Assembly: GCA_027621555.1 (NCBI GenBank)
Contig: JAQCBJ010000002.1
Location: 30,796-94,795 of the forward strand
Direction: 5' to 3'
Source of the DNA: Bacteroidota bacterium
GTDB taxonomy: Bacteria > Bacteroidota > Bacteroidia > Flavobacteriales_D > Sanyastnellaceae
DNA: 64,000 nt
Part shown: piece after piece, positions 42,733-51,082 of the stretch
How the letters are laid out: every line of letters begins with the position of its first letter
Position numbering within the stretch: the stretch's first letter is position 1
Made by a program: the position numbers and the translations under genes
The notes under the pieces: generated by a model
The model's input: the letters and a program-made list of their open reading frames with translations, nothing else
The model's database searches: none
What the model was told of the DNA's origin: nothing

Positions 42733-45705
42733 TCAGGGCGTGAGTTCGACCGAAATTTCGTCCAGAAACATCCAACGGTCGTTACCGCGGCCCAAATGCC
42801 ACTCCGGAATGGGCGCGTGCGCCTGCGCCTCCACCCGCAGGTAGCGAGCTCGGACCGGCACGTCGCAAACGAAGCGCTCGACTTGGACTTCGGTGTCGTC
42901 CTCCGCAACAGTTGACGACACCACGGTGACTTCCTTGAATTCCTCACCATCCATCGACGCGGAGAACCTCACAAGTCGGGGGCTCCAAATCCAAGGCTTG
43001 ATGTCTTGCAGTGCCCCAAGCTCCACACGTGACACGGCCTGCACCTCGCCCAAATCCAGTGTCGCCACGCATGGTTCGCCCCAGAATCCTTGCCATTCTC
43101 CCGTGCGGAAGTCGTTTCCTCCTTCGATTCCGTCAATCAGCGCTTGGTCCCCACCGGCGCTGTATTGGTTGCTGGGCGGGTTGTCCAAAGTCATCGTCCA
43201 ATGGTGATCCACCTTGAGAATGCGGTGGTTTACGGTTGCGGACGTGTCGCCGTGAAGAATGGCGCGGGCCAAAACCTCCGTGGTTTCATTCACGTCAATG
43301 GGGCCTTCAGCCACAGACCACGACGCGCCTCCGTCCGCGCTCCATTCCACTTCCGCGCCTTCATCGAGGTGTTCAAGCGTGAGGGTCGCCGTTCCTTCTT
43401 GAAACGTGCGCGGTGCGTCAATGCTGGGAACCGCAACCCATCCGTCGGTTTGCCAAGAAGAGAAAGGGCGGTCGGATGCCAACTTGCCAAACGTCGGATC
43501 AGGCCGCGAAGCCATCAAAAGCTCAAGCATTCCCCCTTGGGTCAAGTCCGCGACGGGCACGTACGATCGCTTCACAACCGGAGAGGAGGTCCCTTCGTGG
43601 TCGTGCCAGCGCAATCCCGTGATGTATTTGGCGGCCTTGCTGAGGCCACGTGCGCGGATTTCCGTTGTGGCGTCCGAGCCGTCCCGCTGAATCACCGCCC
43701 GCTTGAACATCGGGCTGCCCAGCACCACCTGGCCCGAGCCTGGTTCTACGGGGTACATCCCCAGAGCAGACCACACGAGCCAAGCGCTCATTTGGCCGCA
43801 GTCCTCATTGCCACACAAGCCGTCTGGGGCATTGCTGTACATGTCACGGAAAATTGTGGACACGCGCTCCGCGGTGGCGCCTGGGTCCCCGGCATACGAA
43901 GCCAAATACGCCACGTGATGGCTTGGTTCGTTGCCGTGCGCGTACTGGCCGAGGAGGCCCGTGATGTCGGGTTGAACGCGCCCCGTTGTTTCCGTGGGAG
44001 CGTGGAAGAGGTCGTGCAAGCGCTGCAGGTAACCGTCATCACCACCGAGAATGGCGCGTTGGCCTGCGACATCATGCGCGGGAGCAAAGAGGTACTGCCA
44101 TCCGTTGGCTTCTGTGAAGTTAAAGTTTACTTCACGAGGGTCAAATCTTTCAACCCAAGCACCTTGACGTTTTGCCTGGATGAATCCTGAGGACGGGTTG
44201 ACCAGGTTTTTCCACGCGTTCGCGCGGTGGGCAAATCGACGTGCCACTTCCGGTTGGTTGTGGCGGTCGGCGTAGCGTGAGATGCAGGCGTCGTCGAAGG
44301 CGTATTCCAACGTTTTGGACACGCTCTCGTGCTCATGGTCTGAGGGGATGTAGCCGAGTTCCGCGTAGGCGTCCAACCCCAGGTGCATGGAATCGGCGGC
44401 CTGAATCATGGCCTCCAGAGCCAATTCGGCACCCCAAGCGTCTATGCCCCACATTTCTGCGTCCACAATCACCGGAACGCTGTGGTACCCAATCATGCAA
44501 CCGGTGTAGTTCGCAGCAAGTTCCCAAACGGGCAACTGTCCGCCGTCTTCGTACATGCGTAGCATAGAACGAACCATGTCTCGCGTTCGGATGGGCTCAA
44601 TCCAAGCGAGCAAAGGGTGCAGAGCTCGGTAGGTGTCCCACAAACTGAAGACCGTGTAGTGGTTGCCATCTTCCGGTTCGAGTTGGTGCACCTTCAGGTC
44701 GGTGCCTCGGTACCTGCCGTCCACGTCATTCGCCACGTTGGGGACGGTGGTGGCGTGGTAGAGTGCAGTGTAAAAGGTCGTGCGCTCGTCTTGGTTGCCT
44801 CCGTCGACGGCGATGCGGCCGAGTTGCGCGTCCCATCGGGCTTCGTTTTCCGCTCGGTAACGCTCAAAATCAAAGCCATTCGTTTCCGCTTCCAGGTTTC
44901 GGATGGCACCCTCGATGTCGCAGAAGCTCAGGGCCACGTGCACATTCAATTCGGAGATCATCCCAAAATCGGCCACAAACACCGGAACCATGGACATTTC
45001 CTGCCGCACGGTGCCGTCATCGACGGTGTCGACTTTGGTGATTTCACCCAATTGGTCGCCCCAAGCGAAGTCGCGGTCAAACGTCATGGCGAAGTAGACG
45101 TGCTGTTCCTTCGCCCAATTGTCGGAGACGCGATGCCCCACAAGCATGCGCGAGCCCCGTGGCTCGATGCTGTAGTGGACGAGTTCGTCTCGATGCGCCA
45201 AGTCGACCACCCACGTCACCGAATCTGCTTCACTCAGGGTGTACCGGTGGACGCCGACGCGTGGCGTGGAAGTCAATTCCACATCCACTTTGTGATCCTT
45301 GAGGTGGCAAGCGTAGTAACCCGCATGCCCCATTTCCGAAGACTTGTCGAACGCACTCTTGTATTTGTCGCGCCAGGTCGAGGCTTCGCGAAATTGGGTG
45401 CACGGCATCACCAAGATGTCTCCGTAGTCACTGACCCCAGTGCCTTGCAAGTGGGTGTGGCTGAAGCCGTAAATCACACTGTCCGTGTCGTGGTAGCCGC
45501 CACACCCGTCCCAGCCTTCAAGTCGCGTATCGGGGCTCAATTGCACCATGCCAAAGGGCGACGTGGCGCCAGGGTAGGTGTGTCCGTGCCCCCCCGTTCC
45601 AATCCAAGGGTTGACCTCGAGATGCAGCGGTTTGGACGAGGGTCCACAACCTGTGAATAGAAAGAACGAGGCGAACAGGCTCAGGAAAGGGGACAATCGC
45701 GTCAT
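42733..45705 (-). CDS. GH92 alpha-mannosidase-like glycoside hydrolase with a C-terminal F5/8 type C (discoidin) domain; lipoprotein-type signal
   Basis: GTGGHGHTYPGATSPFGMVQLSPDT is the GH92 signature. Lipobox FFLFTGC. C-terminus ...ARYLRVEA...FLDEISVE. Confidence 0.92.
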   Translation of the reverse strand: MTRLSPFLSLFASFFLFTGCGPSSKPLHLEVNPWIGTGGHGHTYPGATSPFGMVQLSPDTRLEGWDGCGGYHDTDSVIYGFSHTHLQGTGVSDYGDILVMPCTQFREASTWRDKYKSAFDKSSEMGHAGYYACHLKDHKVDVELTSTPRVGVHRYTLSEADSVTWVVDLAHRDELVHYSIEPRGSRMLVGHRVSDNWAKEQHVYFAMTFDRDFAWGDQLGEITKVDTVDDGTVRQEMSMVPVFVADFGMISELNVHVALSFCDIEGAIRNLEAETNGFDFERYRAENEARWDAQLGRIAVDGGNQDERTTFYTALYHATTVPNVANDVDGRYRGTDLKVHQLEPEDGNHYTVFSLWDTYRALHPLLAWIEPIRTRDMVRSMLRMYEDGGQLPVWELAANYTGCMIGYHSVPVIVDAEMWGIDAWGAELALEAMIQAADSMHLGLDAYAELGYIPSDHEHESVSKTLEYAFDDACISRYADRHNQPEVARRFAHRANAWKNLVNPSSGFIQAKRQGAWVERFDPREVNFNFTEANGWQYLFAPAHDVAGQRAILGGDDGYLQRLHDLFHAPTETTGRVQPDITGLLGQYAHGNEPSHHVAYLASYAGDPGATAERVSTIFRDMYSNAPDGLCGNEDCGQMSAWLVWSALGMYPVEPGSGQVVLGSPMFKRAVIQRDGSDATTEIRARGLSKAAKYITGLRWHDHEGTSSPVVKRSYVPVADLTQGGMLELLMASRPDPTFGKLASDRPFSSWQTDGWVAVPSIDAPRTFQEGTATLTLEHLDEGAEVEWSADGGASWSVAEGPIDVNETTEVLARAILHGDTSATVNHRILKVDHHWTMTLDNPPSNQYSAGGDQALIDGIEGGNDFRTGEWQGFWGEPCVATLDLGEVQAVSRVELGALQDIKPWIWSPRLVRFSASMDGEEFKEVTVVSSTVAEDDTEVQVERFVCDVPVRARYLRVEAQAHAPIPEWHLGRGNDRWMFLDEISVELTP

Positions 45706-46166
45706 GGCGATTCAGGGTTTGAGGGTTTGCAGACGACGCATTCCATGCGGTTGTGAAGGCCAAAATGCAACACGTTGGGCCGATTCGGTTGGGCGAGCTC
45801 GTCGAAGGCACGTTTCATGCCGTCGGGCAATGCTTGGCGCATGGCTTTGCGACGGTCGTCTCGGCACGCTCCGAGTTCAGCGCGGACCTCCGTCAATAGC
45901 GCGAGAAGGTCCGATTCGGAAATGGGGGCCGCCTCCAAGCTGTCCCGCACGGCGTTCCAGTGAGCAAGACATGCGTCGGCAGGCAGCGCGGCCTCAAGCA
46001 ACGCTTGCGCCAGCGAATCAGGCGCGTTCAAGCCACGCGCAACATCTTGCGCTGCACGCATCGATTCGGTCACGGAGAACGTGGTGATTTGGCCCCACGA
46101 CGGCGCGCCGATGCTGGGTGCGGTCACCGTACCCAAGGCTAGAATCCAGCGCAAGGAGGTCTTCAT
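45702..46166 (-). CDS. Hypothetical secreted 154-aa protein
   Basis: Signal-like N-terminus MKTSLRWILALGTVTAPSIGA. 4-nt overlaps with both neighbours indicate co-translation in an operon. I recognised no family. Confidence 0.5.
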   Translation of the reverse strand: MKTSLRWILALGTVTAPSIGAPSWGQITTFSVTESMRAAQDVARGLNAPDSLAQALLEAALPADACLAHWNAVRDSLEAAPISESDLLALLTEVRAELGACRDDRRKAMRQALPDGMKRAFDELAQPNRPNVLHFGLHNRMECVVCKPSNPESP

Positions 46167-47674
46167 GGCGCAGAGGCGTGTTGTTGGATCCACTTCTCAA
46201 TGGTTTTGTTGAGAGAGCTCCCACGTCGCCACATGGACGGCACCAGAAGATCGGCTTGAACAGGTCGGGATTCTCTCCAATTCTCGCAAGGCTCGGCCAT
46301 GTAGACTGCCGTGGAAATGCTCACCGCAATCCCGGAAAGAGGCAACACCCGCAGGTAGGGGTTGCCCATGGTTCCATTCGAGGGCCCCATGCAGGATTCA
46401 CCCACGAGCGGCCCCCGAGAAGTGGATTGGATGGCGCCTGCGAAAGAGACACTGGCCGACGCCGACTCCCCATCCATCACCAACGCCAAGGGTCCTGTGA
46501 AGCGGTCCTTCTTGAGCCGCTGCCGCGGGAACCAAAGCGTGTCTGTTTCCCCGAGAGGAAGCGTGGCCATCGTGTGGATGTATCTCGCATCCGTGGAGCG
46601 GTCCAAATTCTTGTCCACCCAGCGCTTTTTCAGCCTGCGGTAGTGTTTGCCGTTGGCCTTGGCGGTGATGTCGCTTTGTTTGGCAACCAACGCGTAGGGG
46701 AGGTGCCTTGGCGTGGCGGCCACATGCCTCCACAAGGCTTCCATCCGAGGGGATTGCCCTCCAGGGTTGCCACGCAAATCGAGAACCAACGGGCAGCCCC
46801 ATTCTTGAAGTTGGTCGAAGCCGTCGTTCAGCCTTTGGTGGTAGCGCCGCCAGGAGCCGTTGGAAAAGGACGTGATTTTGAGCGTCGCCGCTCCTTCCCA
46901 ATGCGTATTCACCCGACGCGGCCGCCCCGCAACCGCCAACCGCTCGTCCTCTTTGGCAACCCTTCGATTGTCTCGAGCGGTGAGGTGAGAGCCGTCCGGA
47001 AAGGTCCAGTCCACCACAGGCCGGTGCGTGCTTATGCCGGCCCAAGCACGGCGGGCTTTTCGCCAAGGAACTGCGGGAAACGTGTTTTGAACGGGCAGCC
47101 CAGTGTGTGGATCCACCCATGTGATGTCGAGGGAATCGCTTTCCGCTTGGGCCAAAGCCCATGACGTGACGTTGTGTGCTGCCGTCCTTGAAGTTGCGGT
47201 GTGGCTCGGCCCTTCCATGGTGGAAAGTTGAAGGGCCGCCTCCACAACCTCTTCGGCATCCAGCCCATTTAGCGAAAGGACACGAACTTCTTCCGGAAGG
47301 TCGGGCAACCCTGAATCCAAGACCCACAAACTCCGTCCTTCAATGGCCCATCGAATCGGAAGAGTCCCATGCCGCCATTCGACTTCCCAAATCCAATCGT
47401 ACGTCGACACCGCGGTGTGGCTGTCTTGCAGTACCTGAAGCAACGCGTTGATTTGGCGAACATGGTCGGTGCGCGTTGCCCCGACCCAATCCTCGCGGGT
47501 GGCGTCAAGGGCCTCCAACCAAGCCGCTTCGCCGCAGCGAATGAAAGGGTCGGGATGCATGGTCCTTATCCAGCGATCGAGGGAATCCAAATCATCTTGA
47601 GTCCGCCCGACTCCCGGCACGAGGAAGCTGCCCAGCAGACAGGCCCACATCACCTTCCGTACCCGAGCCTTCAT
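46163..47674 (-). CDS. S41-family (tail-specific-like) serine peptidase
   Basis: LVLDLRGNPGGQ and LVMDGESASASVSFAG motifs. Signal peptide MKARVRKVMWACLLGSFLVPGVG. Confidence 0.78.
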   Translation of the reverse strand: MKARVRKVMWACLLGSFLVPGVGRTQDDLDSLDRWIRTMHPDPFIRCGEAAWLEALDATREDWVGATRTDHVRQINALLQVLQDSHTAVSTYDWIWEVEWRHGTLPIRWAIEGRSLWVLDSGLPDLPEEVRVLSLNGLDAEEVVEAALQLSTMEGPSHTATSRTAAHNVTSWALAQAESDSLDITWVDPHTGLPVQNTFPAVPWRKARRAWAGISTHRPVVDWTFPDGSHLTARDNRRVAKEDERLAVAGRPRRVNTHWEGAATLKITSFSNGSWRRYHQRLNDGFDQLQEWGCPLVLDLRGNPGGQSPRMEALWRHVAATPRHLPYALVAKQSDITAKANGKHYRRLKKRWVDKNLDRSTDARYIHTMATLPLGETDTLWFPRQRLKKDRFTGPLALVMDGESASASVSFAGAIQSTSRGPLVGESCMGPSNGTMGNPYLRVLPLSGIAVSISTAVYMAEPCENWRESRPVQADLLVPSMWRRGSSLNKTIEKWIQQHASAP

Positions 47675-47678
47675 GCAC

Positions 47679-49739
47679 TTAGAGGGAATCTGGACCTTGG
47701 TCCAATTTCTTCACCATGGTCAAGATGGTGGCCACGGCCACAGTATCTCCCTCGTGGTCGTCCACTTCAACGCGGTAGCGCACGATGCCCTTGGCAACGT
47801 CTTCCGGTTCCCGGCGTTCCTGAGCGATTTTCTCCACCACGGTCAACTTGACGCCAATCGTGGTGCCGGGGTAAACGGGCTTGGTGAACCGGCATTCGTC
47901 GATGCCGTAATTCAACAACACCGGCCCTTTGCGAGGCTCGACAAAGAGGCCCGCGGCTTTGCTCAAGATGTAGTACCCGTGCGCCACGCGTCCTTCAAAC
48001 ATGGTGCCTTCCAAGCTCGTTTCGTCGACGTGTGCATAAAAGTGGTCCCCCGAGACGTTGGCGAAGTTGACGATGTCCGCCTCCGTGACGGTGTGTCGAG
48101 CGGTGGTGACGGTGTCGCCCACGGCAAGTTCTTCAAAGTGCTTTCGGAACACATGGGGTTCGCTTTCAGGTTGGGCCGCACCGGGCTGAAATTGCTCCGT
48201 GATGGCGCTCAATGTGGTGGGGTGCCCTTGGATCGCCGTTCGCTGCATGTAATGTTTGATGCCACGGAGTCCACCCATTTCCTCCCCGCCTCCGGCACGT
48301 CCTGGCCCGCCGTGCACGAGCATGGGCATGGGGGAGCCGTGGCCGGTGCTTTCTTTCGCGCATTCTCGATCCAAGACCAAAATCCGCCCGTGCATCGGTG
48401 CGGCTTCCCGCACAAACGTCGCCGCCGCCTGTCGGTCGAAGGTCGTGATGCTGCAGCACAGGGACCCTTTTCCTTTGGCCGCCAAGGCGACTGCTTCGTC
48501 CAATTCGCGGTACGGCATCAGCGTGCTTACAGGGCCAAAGGCCTCCACGTCGTGAATGGCTTGCGCGTCATGTGGCCGGTCGTGCCGCAGAAGCATAGGA
48601 GGGAGGAACGATCCTTTCTCCGCATCCGCACCCACCACGTCGACCTGCTTGGAACCTCCGAATACACAGGCCGCTTCAGCTTCGAGCCGGGCGACTTGGT
48701 CGAGGACATCGGCGCATTGGTCACGTCCAACAAGTGCGCCCATGCGCACGCCATCTTGTTGTGGGTCCCCGACGGTCGTTTTGGCCAATTGGGCGACCAA
48801 GGCTTCTTGCACGGCATCCATGGAGGCTTCAGGCACAAAAATCCGGCGAACCGCAGTGCACTTTTGACCGCACTTGACGGTCATCTCTTTCCGCACTTCT
48901 TTGATAAAGAGGTCAAATTCCGGCGTTCCAGGGACTGCGTCTGCCCCGAGAATAGCCGAATTCAAGGAATCCGCTTCCATGTTGAAGGGCACGGCATACT
49001 CGGCAATCCTGGGATGAGACTTGAGTTTGCGCCCGGTTGCAGCAGAGCCCGTGAACGTCACGACGTCGCGCTCGTCGACATGGTCGAGGATGTTGCGCGC
49101 TGACCCGCACACCAACTGAAGCGCGCCCGGAGGCAGAATGCCGCTGTCGTGGATGGCGGCGACCACCGCTTCCGTGAGGTAGGAGGTGACCGTGGCAGGC
49201 TTCACGATGGCTGGAACCCCGGCGAGCCAATTCACGGCCACTTTTTCCAGCATTCCCCAAACAGGAAAGTTGAAGGCGTTGATGTGCACGGCTACACCTT
49301 GTTTGGGCACGAGGAGGTGATGGCCTCCAAACGTTCCTTCTTTGCCGAGGGGCACAAAATCCCCGTCGGTGGCAAACGGCGTGTCCGGCAATCGGCGTCG
49401 CAAGCTTGCATTGGCGAACAGGTTGCCGATCCCGCCTTCAATGTCAATCCACGAATCGGCACGTGTCGCTCCAGTGGCCCAGCTGACTTGGTAGAATTCC
49501 TCCTTCATGCCGTGGAGGTGCAAGGCCAATCGCTTCAGCATGCGACCGCGTTCTTGAAACGTCATGCGTCTCAGCGCGGGCCCTCCGACTTCACGGGCAA
49601 AGCGATACGCGCCTTCGAGGTTGATTCCTTGCGTGTCGGCCAGGGCAATGATTTCTCCCGTGATGGCGTTGTGAAGAGGAGTGCCTTCGCCGTTGCCCAC
49701 CGTCCATGATCCTTCCAAGAGGTTGCCAAGCTTTTTCAT
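47679..49739 (-). CDS. paaZ: Bifunctional aldehyde dehydrogenase / MaoC-type hydratase, PaaZ architecture
   Basis: N-terminal ALDH domain (MKKLGNLLEGSW...FTGSAATGRKL...GQKCTA) plus a C-terminal hot-dog/MaoC domain (RVAHGYYILSKAAG...). Start taken at ATG 49739. Confidence 0.85.
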   Translation of the reverse strand: MKKLGNLLEGSWTVGNGEGTPLHNAITGEIIALADTQGINLEGAYRFAREVGGPALRRMTFQERGRMLKRLALHLHGMKEEFYQVSWATGATRADSWIDIEGGIGNLFANASLRRRLPDTPFATDGDFVPLGKEGTFGGHHLLVPKQGVAVHINAFNFPVWGMLEKVAVNWLAGVPAIVKPATVTSYLTEAVVAAIHDSGILPPGALQLVCGSARNILDHVDERDVVTFTGSAATGRKLKSHPRIAEYAVPFNMEADSLNSAILGADAVPGTPEFDLFIKEVRKEMTVKCGQKCTAVRRIFVPEASMDAVQEALVAQLAKTTVGDPQQDGVRMGALVGRDQCADVLDQVARLEAEAACVFGGSKQVDVVGADAEKGSFLPPMLLRHDRPHDAQAIHDVEAFGPVSTLMPYRELDEAVALAAKGKGSLCCSITTFDRQAAATFVREAAPMHGRILVLDRECAKESTGHGSPMPMLVHGGPGRAGGGEEMGGLRGIKHYMQRTAIQGHPTTLSAITEQFQPGAAQPESEPHVFRKHFEELAVGDTVTTARHTVTEADIVNFANVSGDHFYAHVDETSLEGTMFEGRVAHGYYILSKAAGLFVEPRKGPVLLNYGIDECRFTKPVYPGTTIGVKLTVVEKIAQERREPEDVAKGIVRYRVEVDDHEGDTVAVATILTMVKKLDQGPDSL

Positions 49740-49757
49740 GTGCCAATCGTTGTGTTG

Positions 49758-49765
49758 CGAAGGTA
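49758..49765 (-). promoter_or_regulatory. -7 box TACCTTCG, 18 nt upstream of the paaZ ATG
   Basis: The minus strand reads taaccttcTACCTTCGcaacacaacgattggcacATG. Confidence 0.45.
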
Positions 49766-50020
49766 GAAGGTTAGGCCCCGATTCAGGTAAGGCCAAGAGG
49801 TGGAGGCATCGAAAGGCGTTGTTGGATTATGTCGAGAACGGACAGTCAAAATGAATAAATGGTGTTTCGTCGATGAAGTTTGTGTGATGCTCGATGAATT
49901 TTTGTTTTTTTCCGTTGAAATGGCTTGGGATTTTCGAATTCGTTTTCCTATCTTTATCGCGACGTCCATCCTCAAACGTGGATTTCACCCTCTGATCCGA
50001 AAGCAAACAAACCTATTCTT

Positions 50021-50980
50021 ATGAAGAACCTTTTCGCAATGACCGCCGCCCTGATGATGGGCTTCGGTGCAACCGCCAGCAACGTTGAGCTGGTTGTGGA
50101 AGCTGTTGACAACAACGGCACTGTTCCTGGCAACACGTACCGCGTGTACGCTGTATTGCCTTCTGCACAACACTCTTTGCACGCTGTTTTCGCAGCCGAA
50201 GATCACGTGTTGAACGTGGCAACGACTGGCACTTTCTTCCAGCACCAGTACGGCAGCTACTCTTCACTCGACATCAACGAAAGCATCGTGGCCCTCGAGC
50301 CAGGTTTGGCTTTTGATAGCTGGGTGACGGTTGGCGCGAAGAACAGCGACGACAACAACTTGTGGACCATTGGCATCGATTACAACGAATTCCTCGCCGG
50401 CCAAGAATTGACCGTGTTGGACGGCGCTTGGTTCGTGGTTCCTACCGACGTTCAAGCTGCAGCTGCAGTGGGCAACAAGGTTCTCTTGATGCAATTGACC
50501 ACGGACGGCACGGCTACGGGCGTGTTGAACCTCCAAGGCCGCGACGGCGAAGGTGGAACGTGGCGCTCTCACGACTTGACCTTCACCACGAAGGACGCTC
50601 AAGTCTTCGGTTGCACGGATGCAACGGCTGCGAACTACAACGCTGACGCGACGTACAACGATGGCACGTGCGAAGGCGAAGCTTCTCAGGGTCTTTCTGG
50701 CATTGCTGCTGACTCGAAGTGGAGCATCTTCCCGAACCCCGTGTTCGAAAGCACGTTCAGCGTGAAGTTTGACACCGAGCTCGTGTTGGGTGAGGAGAAC
50801 ATCGTGGTTGAGGCTTCTGACCTCAGCGGAAAGGTGGTGTTCACCCAAGAGTACACGCAAGGCGACGTGGTTGGAGGCAACCGCATCTTGGTGAAGCACA
50901 ACCTCGCTGCTGGCACGTACAACTTGTCTGCCAAGCACGCTGACTTCTCTTCTGCTCAGACTTTCGTGGTCACGCGCTAA
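50021..50980 (+). CDS. T9SS type-A CTD cargo protein, probably highly expressed; carries one C.D...ANYN...DGTC mini-module
   Basis: Signal peptide MKNLFAMTAALMMGFGATA. CTD SIFPNPVFESTF...GTYNLSAKHADFSSAQTFVVTR. GCT/GTT/TCT/TTG-biased codons, TAA stop and a strong terminator. Confidence 0.8.
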   Translation: MKNLFAMTAALMMGFGATASNVELVVEAVDNNGTVPGNTYRVYAVLPSAQHSLHAVFAAEDHVLNVATTGTFFQHQYGSYSSLDINESIVALEPGLAFDSWVTVGAKNSDDNNLWTIGIDYNEFLAGQELTVLDGAWFVVPTDVQAAAAVGNKVLLMQLTTDGTATGVLNLQGRDGEGGTWRSHDLTFTTKDAQVFGCTDATAANYNADATYNDGTCEGEASQGLSGIAADSKWSIFPNPVFESTFSVKFDTELVLGEENIVVEASDLSGKVVFTQEYTQGDVVGGNRILVKHNLAAGTYNLSAKHADFSSAQTFVVTR

Positions 50981-51001
50981 GAGCCAGCTTCAAAAGCATT
51001 G

Positions 51002-51033
51002 AAAGGGAGACCTCAACGGTCTCCCTTTTTTTA
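51002..51033 (+). terminator. Canonical rho-independent terminator
   Basis: AAAGGGAGACC-tcaac-GGTCTCCCTTTTTTTTA. Confidence 0.85.
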
Positions 51034-51070
51034 TTCCCAAACATGTCATTCGGCCCAGAGGGTGAACCGA

Positions 51071-51078
51071 TATCTTTG
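51071..51078 (+). promoter_or_regulatory. -7 box TATCTTTG, 4 nt upstream of ATG 51083 (predicted leaderless)
   Basis: Reads TATCTTTG-aatc-ATG. Confidence 0.5.
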
Positions 51079-51082
51079 AATC

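Noticed and set aside
45702-45760. The CVVCK motif near the C-terminus of the 154-aa hypothetical as a c-type heme-binding site.
   Set aside because: The heme c attachment motif is CxxCH. Here the residue after the second Cys is Lys, and no cytochrome context exists nearby.
49800-50024. The 74-aa ORF (plus) and the 79-aa ORF (49736-49975, minus) inside the large paaZ/T9SS-cargo intergenic region, considered as possible small proteins.
   Set aside because: Their composition is odd and low in complexity. I saw no -7 box at a sensible distance. The plus-strand ORF runs into the start of the cargo gene out of frame. The region is better explained as promoter and 5' UTR. This cannot be fully excluded without expression data.
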